Numbered from the stretch's first letter, positions 21,045 to 31,229 are shown. The stretch: 64,000 nt of DNA from an uncultured bacterium (GCA_963716985.1 OY970323.1:352001-416000), one strand, 5' to 3'. The notes: generated by a model from the sequence alone, not told the origin. Numbers and translations: made by a program.

Positions 21045-21860
21045 TCATTTCCTGTAAACCGCCCCCGGTGAGATGTAGCCAAGCGATGAATGCAGCCGCT
21101 CTTCATTGTAAAAACCAAAATATTTCTCGAGGCTCCTATGGGCGTCAATCCCGTCAACGTAGTCTCGGATATAAACCTCCTCTTGCTTAACCGTTCTCCA
21201 TAGACGTTCAACCCAAACATTGTCCAGCGCCCGTCCTCGGCCATCCATGCTAATTGTTATCCCTGCTTCCAGCAGGATTTTCGTAAATTCGATGCTCGTA
21301 TATTGCGCGCCCTGATCGGTGTTAAACAGATCGGGCGTTCCTCTCTTGAGAGCCTCTCGGAGAACTTCTCTGCAAAACAACCCATCCAGGGAATTTGACA
21401 GTCTCCAAGCCAAGACATACCGGCTGTACCAATCGATCACCGCCGTCAAGTAGAGAAATCCATTTCTCATTCGGAGGTAAGTAATGTCCGTACTCCACAC
21501 CTGATTTATTCGCTCGATTTCAACCCCTCTAAGCAAGTAGGGGTATTTTTTATGACCAGGACATGGCTCACTCAAATTGGGCTTTGGATAAATAGCCTGG
21601 ATTCCCATGCGCTTCATCAGCGTTCTAGCTAAATCTACACCTACCTCATGTCCTCTTGATTTCAAGACAGCGCTGATGCGCCTTTTACCATAAAAAGGAC
21701 ATTCCAAAAAGAGCACATCGATCTCTCTCATCATGGCCAAATTAAAGATATCATCACTGCCTGGCTCATAGTAGTAAGAGGATCGTGGCACCCCAAGCAA
21801 TTCACATTGGCGCTCAATCGAGAAATCGGAATCTCCCTTTTTGATGAGCGCCCTTTTCAC
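21045..21860 (-). CDS. IS3 transposase OrfB (DDE integrase core)
   Basis: WSTDITY, FNTDQGAQY, DNVWVERLWRTVKQE; lies in the -1 frame relative to orfA across an A9 run at 21881-21889. Confidence 0.93.
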   Translation of the reverse strand: MKRALIKKGDSDFSIERQCELLGVPRSSYYYEPGSDDIFNLAMMREIDVLFLECPFYGKRRISAVLKSRGHEVGVDLARTLMKRMGIQAIYPKPNLSEPCPGHKKYPYLLRGVEIERINQVWSTDITYLRMRNGFLYLTAVIDWYSRYVLAWRLSNSLDGLFCREVLREALKRGTPDLFNTDQGAQYTSIEFTKILLEAGITISMDGRGRALDNVWVERLWRTVKQEEVYIRDYVDGIDAHRSLEKYFGFYNEERLHSSLGYISPGAVYRK

Positions 21861-21862
21861 CT

Positions 21863-22141
21863 CTAAGGAAAAAGATTCAGTTTTTTTTTAAGCCAATCCC
21901 GTTCTACCGTTACCTCACCAATTTGTCGGTAGAGCTCATCAAATTTTTTTGCGTGATTTACGGTTTTCTTCTGAGTGCTAAATACTCCAGCTATATTTTC
22001 TAGCAGTTGCTTTTTCCATTGAGAAATTTGACCAGAATGCACCTCATATTGAGAAGCTAACTCATTCAGAGTTTTGATTTCCTTGGCAGCCTCTAAGGCC
22101 ACCTTAGCCTTGAATTCTGCACTGCGTTTTTTGTGTGCCAT
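21863..22141 (-). CDS. IS3 transposase OrfA (HTH)
   Basis: SAEFKAKVALEA, ISQWKKQL, LYRQIGEVTVERDWLKKK. Confidence 0.92.
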   Translation of the reverse strand: MAHKKRSAEFKAKVALEAAKEIKTLNELASQYEVHSGQISQWKKQLLENIAGVFSTQKKTVNHAKKFDELYRQIGEVTVERDWLKKKLNLFP

Positions 22142-22456
22142 TTTTTACCCTCTATTTTTTTGTTTATAAAAAGGGTAAAGCTTAACTTATTTTTGCCAAT
22201 TTTTTGTCCAGTTTTGGCCAACCATTTCAGTTTCTACCACCTTGAGTTTATCGCGAAAAACATCGGAAAATTCACTTATAGTCATTGCCATGAAAATCCG
22301 AATGGACAATACAACGTCTAACACGGCATCAACGTACCAATTGTAGCCTTGTTCTTTTTCAATATGAGAGGGAACTGCGGTAATCTTTTTTTGCCTCTTG
22401 CAAAGAAGAAAACAATGGGTTAGAAAAGAAGAAAATAGTAAAAAAATGGTGCCCGC

Positions 22457-23215
22457 ATGGAGTTTGACACAAGCAAGTTAGAGTGGCTCGATTACGACCT
22501 ATTAGATGGGTATTCGCATGTTGTCGGAAAGACCTTTCTCCGTCATGGGGGAATGAGCGAGAAGCCCTATGATTCGCTCAATGCGAGCGATGCGGTGGGA
22601 GACCACCCCGATGCCGTTAAGGTGAATCGAGAAAGGATTCGTATGCTATTGAAACTCCCCCAGGTCGTCTTTGCAAAGCAGATGCATGGCACGAACATGG
22701 CCGAGATCACCAAGGAGAGTGCGAAAAAAGCAATCGAAGCTGACGTTCTTTTCACCAAAGAAAAAGATATCGGCCTGGTTGTGACCCATGCAGATTGCCA
22801 GGCGGCGATTTTTTATGATCCCGATCACGACGTGATTGCCGTTGTCCATGCCGGATGGAAGGGCCTTGTACAAAATATTTATCAGAAAGTGGTCGATGGT
22901 TTTACCGATCGTTTTAAGTCCAAAGCAGAAAAGCTCATAGTGACGATCTCTCCAAGCTTATGTCCGGATCACGCTGAGTTCAAAAATTATAAAAAAGAAA
23001 TCCCCGAAAATCTTTGGAAATACCAAACAAAGCCTTTTTATTTTGACTTGTGGCAGATTGCCGTCGATCAGCTCAAAAATTCCAAGGTGGAAGAAGGAAA
23101 TATCGAGCTTTCGGGCATATGCACCTATTGCGAGAAAAAAGATTATTTTTCTCATCGCCGAGACAAGAAGACCGGCCGCCACGCAACGCTTGCGGCGCTT
23201 CTTTCTCGAAAGTAG
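22457..23215 (+). CDS. pgeF: Peptidoglycan editing factor PgeF / laccase-domain protein
   Basis: KQMHG, HADCQA, VHAGWKG, CTYC, YFSHRRD. Confidence 0.88.
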   Translation: MEFDTSKLEWLDYDLLDGYSHVVGKTFLRHGGMSEKPYDSLNASDAVGDHPDAVKVNRERIRMLLKLPQVVFAKQMHGTNMAEITKESAKKAIEADVLFTKEKDIGLVVTHADCQAAIFYDPDHDVIAVVHAGWKGLVQNIYQKVVDGFTDRFKSKAEKLIVTISPSLCPDHAEFKNYKKEIPENLWKYQTKPFYFDLWQIAVDQLKNSKVEEGNIELSGICTYCEKKDYFSHRRDKKTGRHATLAALLSRK

Positions 23216-23220
23216 CCCCT

Positions 23221-23763
23221 ATGAAAGTCATCAAGCAGTGTATTCCTGAGGTTCTTCTCCTAGAGCCTGATTGTTTTTTTGACGAGCGTGGTTTTTTTTT
23301 GGAAAGCTTCCGCCAAAGTCGTTATGAGGAAATGGGCATTTCTTGCCCTTTCGTACAAGACAACCATTCTTTTTCCCATAAAAATGTCCTTCGGGGCATG
23401 CATTTTCAAGAAGGGGGCACCCAAGCAAAGCTTATCTCGGTCGTCGTTGGAAAAATCTACGATGTGGCAGTTGATATGCGCCCTTCTTCAAAAACTTTTG
23501 GAAAGTGGGTCTCTTGCATTCTCGATGATCAAAATCATCATCAGCTCTTCATCCCGGAAGGATTTGCCCATGGGTTTTGCGCTCTTCGGGATGATGTGCA
23601 CGTGATTTATAAAGTAAGCAAGCCTTTTTTGGCGGAAAAAGAGAGATCTTTTCGCTTTGATGATCCGGATATTGCCATCAAATGGCCTCTAGCAGCTCCC
23701 ATTCTTTCGAAAAAAGATCAAAATGCACCTTTTTTTAAAGAACTATTTGCCGGGGTCCGATGA
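23221..23763 (+). CDS. rfbC: dTDP-4-dehydrorhamnose 3,5-epimerase
   Basis: DERGFFLES, VQDNHSFS, VLRGMHFQ, IPEGFAHGF, LSKKD; ATG at 23221. Confidence 0.95.
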   Translation: MKVIKQCIPEVLLLEPDCFFDERGFFLESFRQSRYEEMGISCPFVQDNHSFSHKNVLRGMHFQEGGTQAKLISVVVGKIYDVAVDMRPSSKTFGKWVSCILDDQNHHQLFIPEGFAHGFCALRDDVHVIYKVSKPFLAEKERSFRFDDPDIAIKWPLAAPILSKKDQNAPFFKELFAGVR

Positions 23764-24620
23764 AAAAAATTTGGATCGTGGGAAGAAAGGGGATGCTCGC
23801 AAGAAGTCTCATAGAAGAGATGCAAAAAAGAGGGTTGGATTTTCTCTCGACTGCAAAAGAAGAGGTGGACATCGCGTCAAAGGAATCGGTTGTTTCCTTT
23901 GCTTCGAAAAATGAATGGAGCCATATCATCAATTGTGCCGCTTTTACGGCAGTGGACCTTGCAGAGACGGAAAAAGAAAAAGCCTATGCCTTAAACGTAA
24001 TAGGCGTTGAAAACCTGATCGCATCTGCCAAAGAGTGCCAAGCGAAGCTTGTCCACATCTCATCCGATTATGTTTTTGATGGGACGAAGAGATCGCCCTA
24101 TAAAGAAGAAGATCTGCCCTTGCCTCTTTCGGTTTATGGAGAGACAAAAAGGAGAGGGGAGATAGCTATTCAAAAATCCGGCATAGATTCTGTCATTCTT
24201 CGCCTATCCTGGCTCTTCGGCAAAGGGGAGAACCATTTTGCTGCCAAGATGCTGCGCCAAATGAAAGAAAAAACAGATCTTTTTGTCGTTCATGACCAGA
24301 GGGGGAAGATGACGGCCTCTTTGGATGCGGCCCATGTGATTGTGGATCTTTTGTCAGAAAGCGGTCTTTTTCATTTTGCCAATCAAGAGGAGACGAGCTG
24401 GTTTTCCATTGCCTCTTTTATCTTCGAAGAGGCAAAGCGGCTTGGCCTTCCTATCCTCTCTAAAAAAATTCATCCGATCGCTACCGGTGGCTATCCGACA
24501 GCGGCCAGGCGGCCCCTCTATTCGGTGCTGGATACCACCAAAGTAGAAAGAGTTTTGAAAAAACCCATCCGTTCTTGGAAGGAAGCATTGAGCGATTATC
24601 TACAAAAGGAGAGACGATGA
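23760..24620 (+). CDS. rfbD: dTDP-4-dehydrorhamnose reductase
   Basis: INCAAFTAVDLAE, HISSDYVFDG, YGETK, RPLYSVLD; ATGA overlap with rfbC. Confidence 0.94.
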   Translation: MKKIWIVGRKGMLARSLIEEMQKRGLDFLSTAKEEVDIASKESVVSFASKNEWSHIINCAAFTAVDLAETEKEKAYALNVIGVENLIASAKECQAKLVHISSDYVFDGTKRSPYKEEDLPLPLSVYGETKRRGEIAIQKSGIDSVILRLSWLFGKGENHFAAKMLRQMKEKTDLFVVHDQRGKMTASLDAAHVIVDLLSESGLFHFANQEETSWFSIASFIFEEAKRLGLPILSKKIHPIATGGYPTAARRPLYSVLDTTKVERVLKKPIRSWKEALSDYLQKERR

Positions 24621-25633
24621 GCGAGCGGAAAATTTCCTCGATTCTTGTAACCGGCGGCGCGGGCTTTATGGGGTCAGCGTTTCTTCGCTATCTTTTGCAA
24701 GACCTTTCCTTTGAGGGGAAGGTGGTGAATTTGGACTCTCTCACTTATGCTGCAAATTTACTCAATCTCTCATCCATTGAAAAAGATAGCCGCTATCATT
24801 TTGTTTTGGGGGATATTCGCAATCAGAGTCTTCTCTCTTCGATTTGCGAAAAAGAGCGCATTGACGCCATCGTTCATTTTGCAGCCGAGACCCACGTAGA
24901 TCGCAGCATCGAAGATCCCATGATTTTTATTGAGACCAACGTCAAGGGAACATCCGCTCTTTTGGAAGTAGTGAAAAAGTTTCCCCATATCCACTTCCAC
25001 CACATCTCTACGGACGAGGTATACGGCTCTTTGGGAAAAGAAGATTTTTTTCATGAAAATTCGCCCTATTTGCCCAACTCTCCCTATGCCGCAAGCAAAG
25101 CCGCCTCCGACCATCTCGTACGTGCCTACGGACATACCTATGGGCTTTCCTACACCATTTCTCATTCCGTGAACAACTATGGACCCGGGCAGTTTCAAGA
25201 AAAGTTCATCCCCCTGATGGTGCTCCATTGTCTCACCCAAAAGCCCATCCCCATCTATGGACGCGGCGAGAATATTCGCGACTGGATTTACGTGACGGAT
25301 CATGCCGATGCGGTATGGCAGATTCTGACGAAAGGAAGGTCGGGTCACGTCTATAATATTGGCAGCGGCTGTGAGCTCAAAAACATCGATCTTGTCTCCA
25401 AGGTGACCACTCTTTTAGCAGAGATGCAGGGGAAAAAAAGAGATTTTTACTTTCCCCTGGTCTCCTTTGTAAAGGATCGCTTAGGTCACGATTATCGCTA
25501 TGCGATTGATCAGAAAAAGATGCAAGAGGAGCTTTTCTGGCATCCGAAACACTCCTTTGACGAGGGTCTTAAGAAAACACTTTTCTGGTATCTGGACCAG
25601 TACGAGAAAACATCCAAAGTGCCTTCCGCGTGA
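24617..25633 (+). CDS. rfbB: dTDP-glucose 4,6-dehydratase
   Basis: TGGAGFMG, HFAAETHVDRSI, STDEVYGSL, PYAASK, NNYGP, RDWIYV; AAGGAG RBS and ATGA overlap. Confidence 0.95.
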   Translation: MSERKISSILVTGGAGFMGSAFLRYLLQDLSFEGKVVNLDSLTYAANLLNLSSIEKDSRYHFVLGDIRNQSLLSSICEKERIDAIVHFAAETHVDRSIEDPMIFIETNVKGTSALLEVVKKFPHIHFHHISTDEVYGSLGKEDFFHENSPYLPNSPYAASKAASDHLVRAYGHTYGLSYTISHSVNNYGPGQFQEKFIPLMVLHCLTQKPIPIYGRGENIRDWIYVTDHADAVWQILTKGRSGHVYNIGSGCELKNIDLVSKVTTLLAEMQGKKRDFYFPLVSFVKDRLGHDYRYAIDQKKMQEELFWHPKHSFDEGLKKTLFWYLDQYEKTSKVPSA

Positions 25634-25719
25634 ACAGTATCGGCCCCTTTGGGAAAAACAAAGAATTGCGAAAGCATTCTTGGGTCTGCGCGAAACCTAC
25701 GACAATCAGCGATCTTTTT

Positions 25720-25825
25720 TAAAATAATTTCTTTACATATTTTAAAAAAAATCTTTACGAATTGACAAAGAAAAATTTGTTTACTACCTTTTTTTGTCTT
25801 CAGCTTTTTCACAAAGGAGGTCTAT
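25720..25825 (+). promoter_or_regulatory. Duplicated promoter region, copy 1 (sigma66/70-like)
   Basis: TTGACA-N17-TACCTT followed by AAGGAGG; similar to 31230-31337. Confidence 0.5.
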
Positions 25826-26227
25826 ATGAGTAGTGCAATTAGTTCTGCAGATTCAAGTCAAGACGTTACCGTTGGTGAAGAAAGAGGAGAAGAGTTCTTT
25901 GAAGACAAAACTTCTGAGATTTCTTCTCTTGCAAGAAAGCATATTGAGGAGAGCGCCTCTCCCCATGTTGGATCATTAAAGCCTGTGGTTATTCTATGCA
26001 AGGGCCAAGAAAAGAGTGATCAGAAAAATGATAAGAAGGGAGAATGGGGCGGGGATATTGGAATTCATGCAAGGAAGGATCGAGAAGGAAACGAGGCTCT
26101 TCATTTTGAAGCTCATCAAACGTATAGCGATCCCAAATCGGGGAGTAAAACCGATATAAACGCATCTGTGAACGTTGATAAAAATGGAAAAGTATATGGG
26201 GAGGTTGGCGTGGATAGACACTGGTAG
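25826..26227 (+). CDS. Hypothetical protein; acidic S-rich N-terminus, beta-strand-like C-terminus ending in W
   Basis: Strong RBS; alternating pattern ...INASVNVDKNGKVYGEVGVDRHW. Confidence 0.7.
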   Translation: MSSAISSADSSQDVTVGEERGEEFFEDKTSEISSLARKHIEESASPHVGSLKPVVILCKGQEKSDQKNDKKGEWGGDIGIHARKDREGNEALHFEAHQTYSDPKSGSKTDINASVNVDKNGKVYGEVGVDRHW

Positions 26228-26250
26228 AATTGTCACGCGAACAGAAAATG

Positions 26251-26277
26251 AAGGGAGCGAAATCATTTGCTCCCTTT
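26251..26277 (+). terminator. Intergenic hairpin, possible weak terminator or processing site
   Basis: AAGGGAGCGAA-ATCA-TTTGCTCCCTT followed by a short T tract. Confidence 0.4.
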
Positions 26278-26307
26278 GAAAAAGGAAATTTCTATCAGAG
26301 AGATGTG

Positions 26308-27243
26308 ATGAAAAAAAAACATATTGCATTTTTAATAATTCTGCTTTTTCTTGTGGTTTCTTCTCTCCTTGTTTGGCGTTTTTTTTCTCTAAAAAACCAT
26401 TATGCGATCCCCATTCATTTTTTAAATTATTTTGACACCGCCTATGCGACTGCAGAAATCGAAGGACAGAAATATTGCTTAACATTTGATTTGGGCATGA
26501 GCTTTCCTTGTGATCTGAAAAAGGAGGTTTTGGAAAAACTCAAGAAACAATATGCCGGAATGAACAATTCTGTGGACATCATGGGAAATGAGTATGAGGA
26601 TCCTATTTATTTTATTCCGAAAGTCAAAATAGGTAAAGCCGTTTTCACGGACATGTTAATACGCGAGGGGAGTGATGATTTTCTCCAGAGAGGGGTTGCT
26701 AATTCTGGGGAAAAAAAAGAAAAAGAAGAATATGAAAAAAAAATTGTGGGATTCCTAGGCCTTGGCCTGTTTTTTCGAACAAAAACTCCGGTTCTTTTCT
26801 TAGATTTAAGCAATTCTTCAGTGTTTATGATCAAGAACATTTTCAGGTTTCACGAGGGGGGATATGACCTCAAAAAAATGGTCAAAATCCCTATGGAAAG
26901 GAAAAATGGTTGTTTATCAATAGAAGTAGAAACAGATTTTGGAAAACGAAAGCTTCTTTTAGATACAGGCACGACTCTTAATTTGATCAACCCTTCGGTT
27001 GTCTTGGATAAAGTCGAAAATCTTCCTGAGCCAAAGAGCGCTTTTTTCTCGTCTTCCAAATTTCAAATCGGCGATAGGGATTTTGGGAGTGAAGATTTTT
27101 ATCTTTATCCCATCAGTCCTGCTTTTGGACAGATCGATGGAATTTTGGGGATGAGCTTTTTTAGAAAGTATGCAGTTTTTTTGGATTTGCAAAATAACGT
27201 AGCCTATATCGCGCCAAGCCGGACGATAAATGCAAGGAGATGA
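26308..27243 (+). CDS. Membrane-anchored two-lobed retropepsin/pepsin-like aspartyl protease
   Basis: N-terminal TM; FDLG...VGFLG first lobe; LLDTGTT...IDGILG second lobe. Confidence 0.8.
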   Translation: MKKKHIAFLIILLFLVVSSLLVWRFFSLKNHYAIPIHFLNYFDTAYATAEIEGQKYCLTFDLGMSFPCDLKKEVLEKLKKQYAGMNNSVDIMGNEYEDPIYFIPKVKIGKAVFTDMLIREGSDDFLQRGVANSGEKKEKEEYEKKIVGFLGLGLFFRTKTPVLFLDLSNSSVFMIKNIFRFHEGGYDLKKMVKIPMERKNGCLSIEVETDFGKRKLLLDTGTTLNLINPSVVLDKVENLPEPKSAFFSSSKFQIGDRDFGSEDFYLYPISPAFGQIDGILGMSFFRKYAVFLDLQNNVAYIAPSRTINARR

Positions 27244-27352
27244 TACGTGTTATCTCAAAGTTTAGGTCAAAAATCGCAAAATCCGGTGCGCATTTTCTCT
27301 TGGCGCAATAGATTTTGCGATTTTTTGTCTTGAGCCGAAAAGGCTCTCTCGG

Positions 27353-28204
27353 TCACCTTTTTTTCCCTTGACGCTTTTTCTTGGTTTTTTTTGGCTTTTG
27401 ACATTCGATTTTCGTTTTTGTGCGCGTTTTCTTTTTTGAGGAAGATTTGCTTTTCTTTGCAGATGAACCGGCAGATTTTTTTGATGGTGCTGCGGGAGTC
27501 TCCATCTCAATGTCAAAGATAGAAGAGAGCGCGCTTTCTTCGATTGCATTGCGGCTTTGAGGAGTCTTGAGTATTTCGTTTGTGACTGAAGATGCGATGA
27601 GTTGCAGGTGGTCGACGTGACGCAAAGAGAAAAGCCATTCGGGCTGAGTATCTATGGCAGCGCCGATTCCATAGAGAACTGCTGCGATGTGCTTGCACAT
27701 GCCTGCATGGTCAGGACAGCTGCAGCTCATGGAAATTTCTTGAGGAGATGGGAAGAGTTTTGCTTCTTTTGCAATAAGGAGGGACATAACGGCTTTGGAA
27801 AATTTGCCCTGAAGCAACTCGATAAGAGAGTCGATTTTTCCGGAACAGGCTTTAATGAGGTTTTGCCATTTATTCTTGGGCATCGGCTCTACCTGGATGG
27901 TAATTGTGTACAAAGACGATCCCATCACTTGCGCTTCGACTTTGCCTTTGGTTACTTGAAGATCGATCACGGATCCATTTCTAAGATAAGTGCGGCCGCG
28001 AGGGAGGCGATTTTCATAATCACTGTAATTTTCGAGGTTGTCGCACCAGGCTTTTCCCCAAAAGGTCTTTGCTATGATGCGCCCTTCAACGGTGATCGGC
28101 TTGAGTTTTTTTCCTTTTTTTTGCATTTCTTTTATTTTCTGAGCTGCATTCGCTTTTCTTTGTGCTGCGGACACGTATGGAGCCCATCTACCAAAATACC
28201 TCAT
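27353..28204 (-). CDS. SWIM zinc-finger protein with Lys-rich tail
   Basis: NRLPRGRTYLRNGSV, CSCPD...CKHIAAVLY. Confidence 0.88.
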   Translation of the reverse strand: MRYFGRWAPYVSAAQRKANAAQKIKEMQKKGKKLKPITVEGRIIAKTFWGKAWCDNLENYSDYENRLPRGRTYLRNGSVIDLQVTKGKVEAQVMGSSLYTITIQVEPMPKNKWQNLIKACSGKIDSLIELLQGKFSKAVMSLLIAKEAKLFPSPQEISMSCSCPDHAGMCKHIAAVLYGIGAAIDTQPEWLFSLRHVDHLQLIASSVTNEILKTPQSRNAIEESALSSIFDIEMETPAAPSKKSAGSSAKKSKSSSKKKTRTKTKIECQKPKKTKKKRQGKKR

Positions 28205-28209
28205 GATTT

Positions 28210-30879
28210 TTACTCCTCTGTTAATGCTCGATGGATGTCAAGGGACACCATTTTCATCACCTGTTCATTTGAAAACTCGGTGAGCGAAAACTCTCCCTCT
28301 CCTTCGAGCAGTTCTTTTGATATGTTTTTTTTCGATTCGATCAGCGCATCGATCTTTTCTTCAATGGTTCCTTGGCAGATAAATTGATGCACCAAAACCG
28401 GATGTTTTTGCCCAATCCTATAGGCGCGGTCAGTGGCTTGGTTTTCTACAGCGGGATTCCACCAGCGGTCAAAATGGATCACGTGGTTTGCTTTGGTAAG
28501 GTTCAGGCCGGTTCCTCCGGCTTTTAGGGAAAGAATGAAAAAAGGAGGGCCTGCATCTTGCTGAAAATTGTGAACGAGAGAGGCGCGCTTTGCAACTGGA
28601 GTTTTTCCATGAAGGATGAGTCCTTCTCGTCCAAAAATTTGGGTCAAAAAAGAGAATAGGGGAGGGATGATTTCCGTAAACTGGGAGAAGAGAAGGACCT
28701 TTTCTTGCTTTTCTGCGATCCCTTCGCAAATTTCACGCAGGCGGATCATCTTGCCGCTGGCCTGTTCGGCATACTCCCCAAACCCTTGCGATTGGTCGGG
28801 ATGGTTGCAGATTTGTTTCAGACGCACTAGCGATGAGAGGATGATGCCTCGACGATGAATTCCTTCTGCGGCTTCCAATTTTTGGGCAAGCTCCGAAATG
28901 GTTTGCTGGTAATGCCGGATTTGTTCTTTGCTGAGAGAACAATAGGTTTTCATTTCAGTTTTGTCGGGAAGATCGGAGATGATAGTTTTGTCGCTCTTCA
29001 AGCGTCTGAGGATATAGGGTTGGGTGAGTTTGCGCAGAGCCGCGATAAAACGGGTATAATCGGGAAGGGCGCGATCTTTAATAGATTTTTTTGCATAGGA
29101 GGAAAATTCTTTGTCTGAACCTAATAGCCCGGGAGAGAGAAAGTCAAAGAGAGACCAAAGATCGCTGAGGCGATTTTCAATGGGTGTTCCCGTGAGGGCA
29201 AGGCGCACCCCGCTTTTTAATGTTTTTACAGAACGGGCTTGCTTGGAAGAGGGATTTTTGATTGCTTGGGCCTCATCTAGAATGACGAGGTCCCATTCCG
29301 TTTCTCTTAAATGCGCCCAGCGATGGATGAAGGTGTAGGTGGTGAGGACTAAATCGGCAGTTGCGATGTCGCCGTTCTTTTCAGAGCTATGGGCAATGGC
29401 GATTTTTAGAGAAGGGGAGAATTTTTTGGCCTCTGCTTGCCAATTGCCAAGCAATGAGGCCGGCACAACTAATAAATGGGGTTTGTTTGAAGGGGAAAGC
29501 TCTTTGATGGATAAAAGCAACGAGAGGACTTGGATTGTTTTCCCAAGGCCCATATCATCCGCAAGACAACCGCTTAGTTTGAGTTGATAGAGCGTCCAGA
29601 GCCATTGCACCCCTTTGGATTGGTAGGGACGAAGCGTTCCATGAAAATTGCGCACGTTTGCTTGAGGAAGGTTGTGCGGGTTTTGGAGTTGTTCTAGGAC
29701 TGTTTTTAACCATGCGCCCGGTTTTACATCCGACCATTCTGCAACGGAGTCCGAGTACTTGCATTGATCTACACCTGCCAAAAGACGAAAGGCCTCGGAG
29801 ATCGATAGGCCTTCTCTGGCGGCTTTTTTCAGCTGGTTCCAGTGAGACAAAACAGCTTGGATCTTTTCGCGGTCCACTTCGACCCACTGTCCTTTGATTT
29901 TGACAAGGCTATCTGTTCCTTTGAGTAGTTCCTGCCATTCTTCTTCGGTTAACGGTTCTTTGCCGATTGCCAATCGGACGTTGAAATCGAGCAGACTGCC
30001 GAGGCCTAGCATTGATTGGGGTGAGTCGCCTAGATTGATTTCCACTTTTAGCCTTGGCTGTTTCTGTGCGGCCCACCAGTTGGGTACGCGGACGACCACT
30101 CCACTCTCCTCCATTAGAGGAATGTCTTGTAAAAATCGATGCGCTTCTTGAATGCCCCAAGCGGTTGCTTCAAAAACGGCTCCCGAATCAACGAGATTTT
30201 TGATGAAAGGACTCAGCGTTGCCGCTTTTTGAACAGGGGTTAGAAGAGAGAGCAGGAAAGCTTTTTCCGTGGCGGACTCTTGCAGCGCTCGTTTCAATGG
30301 CAAATGCCGGGCTGAGGAGCCATGGGACAATTGGGTTGTATAGGTGGCTAAAAAGGCAAAGGGGTGCTCTTGGTTATTTTTATTTTCCGCGAGATGAAAA
30401 CAGACGCGACCTAAGAGATTCCAACGAGTGTTGTGCCGACCCAAATAATCTTGGATAGTGCCTGAAAAATGTTCAAGCTCTTGCTGTAGCGCCTTTTCTA
30501 GTTGAGACCAGAGAGCGGCAAGCAGTTCCTCAGAGAGATATTCCGACCCCCGCATAAAGGGAACACGCGCGAGTAGAGCTTGCATTTCTTCTCTTGGCAA
30601 GGCAGGGACTGAATCGACTCTTTGACTGTCTATCGTAGTGAGTTTGCAAACGCGGGTGATGAATTGCTGTGAAAAAGACTGCCAGAAAAGAAAAGTGGGG
30701 GAAAGTGGCGTGGAAAAATCAGATAGACCGAGATGAAGCAGTCCTAACGCGGGATCTTCTGCGAATAGACTGACAATTTTTTCAAAAGAAGATGGAATGG
30801 GCATGCTTGGGCTGAGATAAAGGCGCCCTTCCGGAGAGAGGTTCAATTCGATTAAAAGATTCTCGGAATGCATTTGCAT
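28210..30879 (-). CDS. SNF2-family helicase (YwqA-like)
   Basis: LADDMGLGKT, LDEAQAIKN, LTGTPIEN, SLKAGGTGLNL, DRWWNPAVENQATDRAYRIGQ. Confidence 0.93.
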   Translation of the reverse strand: MQMHSENLLIELNLSPEGRLYLSPSMPIPSSFEKIVSLFAEDPALGLLHLGLSDFSTPLSPTFLFWQSFSQQFITRVCKLTTIDSQRVDSVPALPREEMQALLARVPFMRGSEYLSEELLAALWSQLEKALQQELEHFSGTIQDYLGRHNTRWNLLGRVCFHLAENKNNQEHPFAFLATYTTQLSHGSSARHLPLKRALQESATEKAFLLSLLTPVQKAATLSPFIKNLVDSGAVFEATAWGIQEAHRFLQDIPLMEESGVVVRVPNWWAAQKQPRLKVEINLGDSPQSMLGLGSLLDFNVRLAIGKEPLTEEEWQELLKGTDSLVKIKGQWVEVDREKIQAVLSHWNQLKKAAREGLSISEAFRLLAGVDQCKYSDSVAEWSDVKPGAWLKTVLEQLQNPHNLPQANVRNFHGTLRPYQSKGVQWLWTLYQLKLSGCLADDMGLGKTIQVLSLLLSIKELSPSNKPHLLVVPASLLGNWQAEAKKFSPSLKIAIAHSSEKNGDIATADLVLTTYTFIHRWAHLRETEWDLVILDEAQAIKNPSSKQARSVKTLKSGVRLALTGTPIENRLSDLWSLFDFLSPGLLGSDKEFSSYAKKSIKDRALPDYTRFIAALRKLTQPYILRRLKSDKTIISDLPDKTEMKTYCSLSKEQIRHYQQTISELAQKLEAAEGIHRRGIILSSLVRLKQICNHPDQSQGFGEYAEQASGKMIRLREICEGIAEKQEKVLLFSQFTEIIPPLFSFLTQIFGREGLILHGKTPVAKRASLVHNFQQDAGPPFFILSLKAGGTGLNLTKANHVIHFDRWWNPAVENQATDRAYRIGQKHPVLVHQFICQGTIEEKIDALIESKKNISKELLEGEGEFSLTEFSNEQVMKMVSLDIHRALTEE

Positions 30880-31229
30880 ACTTGTTTGAAAGGAGAAAAA
30901 AATATCAGAAGATTTTTTTACTTTCTATGGATTTGTTTCAATTTCCAATCGCCTCCGGGACTAAATTTTTTTAGCTTTTGACCCGACCCGGCTGCATGAT
31001 TCTGAAAATCCAAAAAGTGCATATTTTCAAACAAAGCTCATTCCAAAAATATCGTCAATCTTCCCCAAAAGGAAAATATGGCCATGAAAAACTTCGACAA
31101 TGTTGCCGCCTTGCCAATCATCAATGAAAAGATCAACGATCACGCAGTCGATGATCGTATTTTTTAAGCTTTGCATTCACAGTTGCTATTTGAGAGGTCC
31201 GGCAAACCTTATGACAGTTCTTCTTTCCT

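Larger units (their letters stand above)
20730..22229 (-). mobile_element. IS3-family insertion sequence
   Basis: TG...CA ends: TGAGGTGGTTGGCCGAGGTTGGACA / TGTCCAGTTTTGGCCAACCATTTCA; orfA and orfB present; no TSD. Confidence 0.92.

Noticed and set aside
23050..23220. Extended N-terminus of rfbC; similar extensions for der, sctR, alr and the 7540 ORF
   Set aside because: The extensions overlap upstream genes or non-coding DNA; downstream starts fit the family lengths and operon spacing better.
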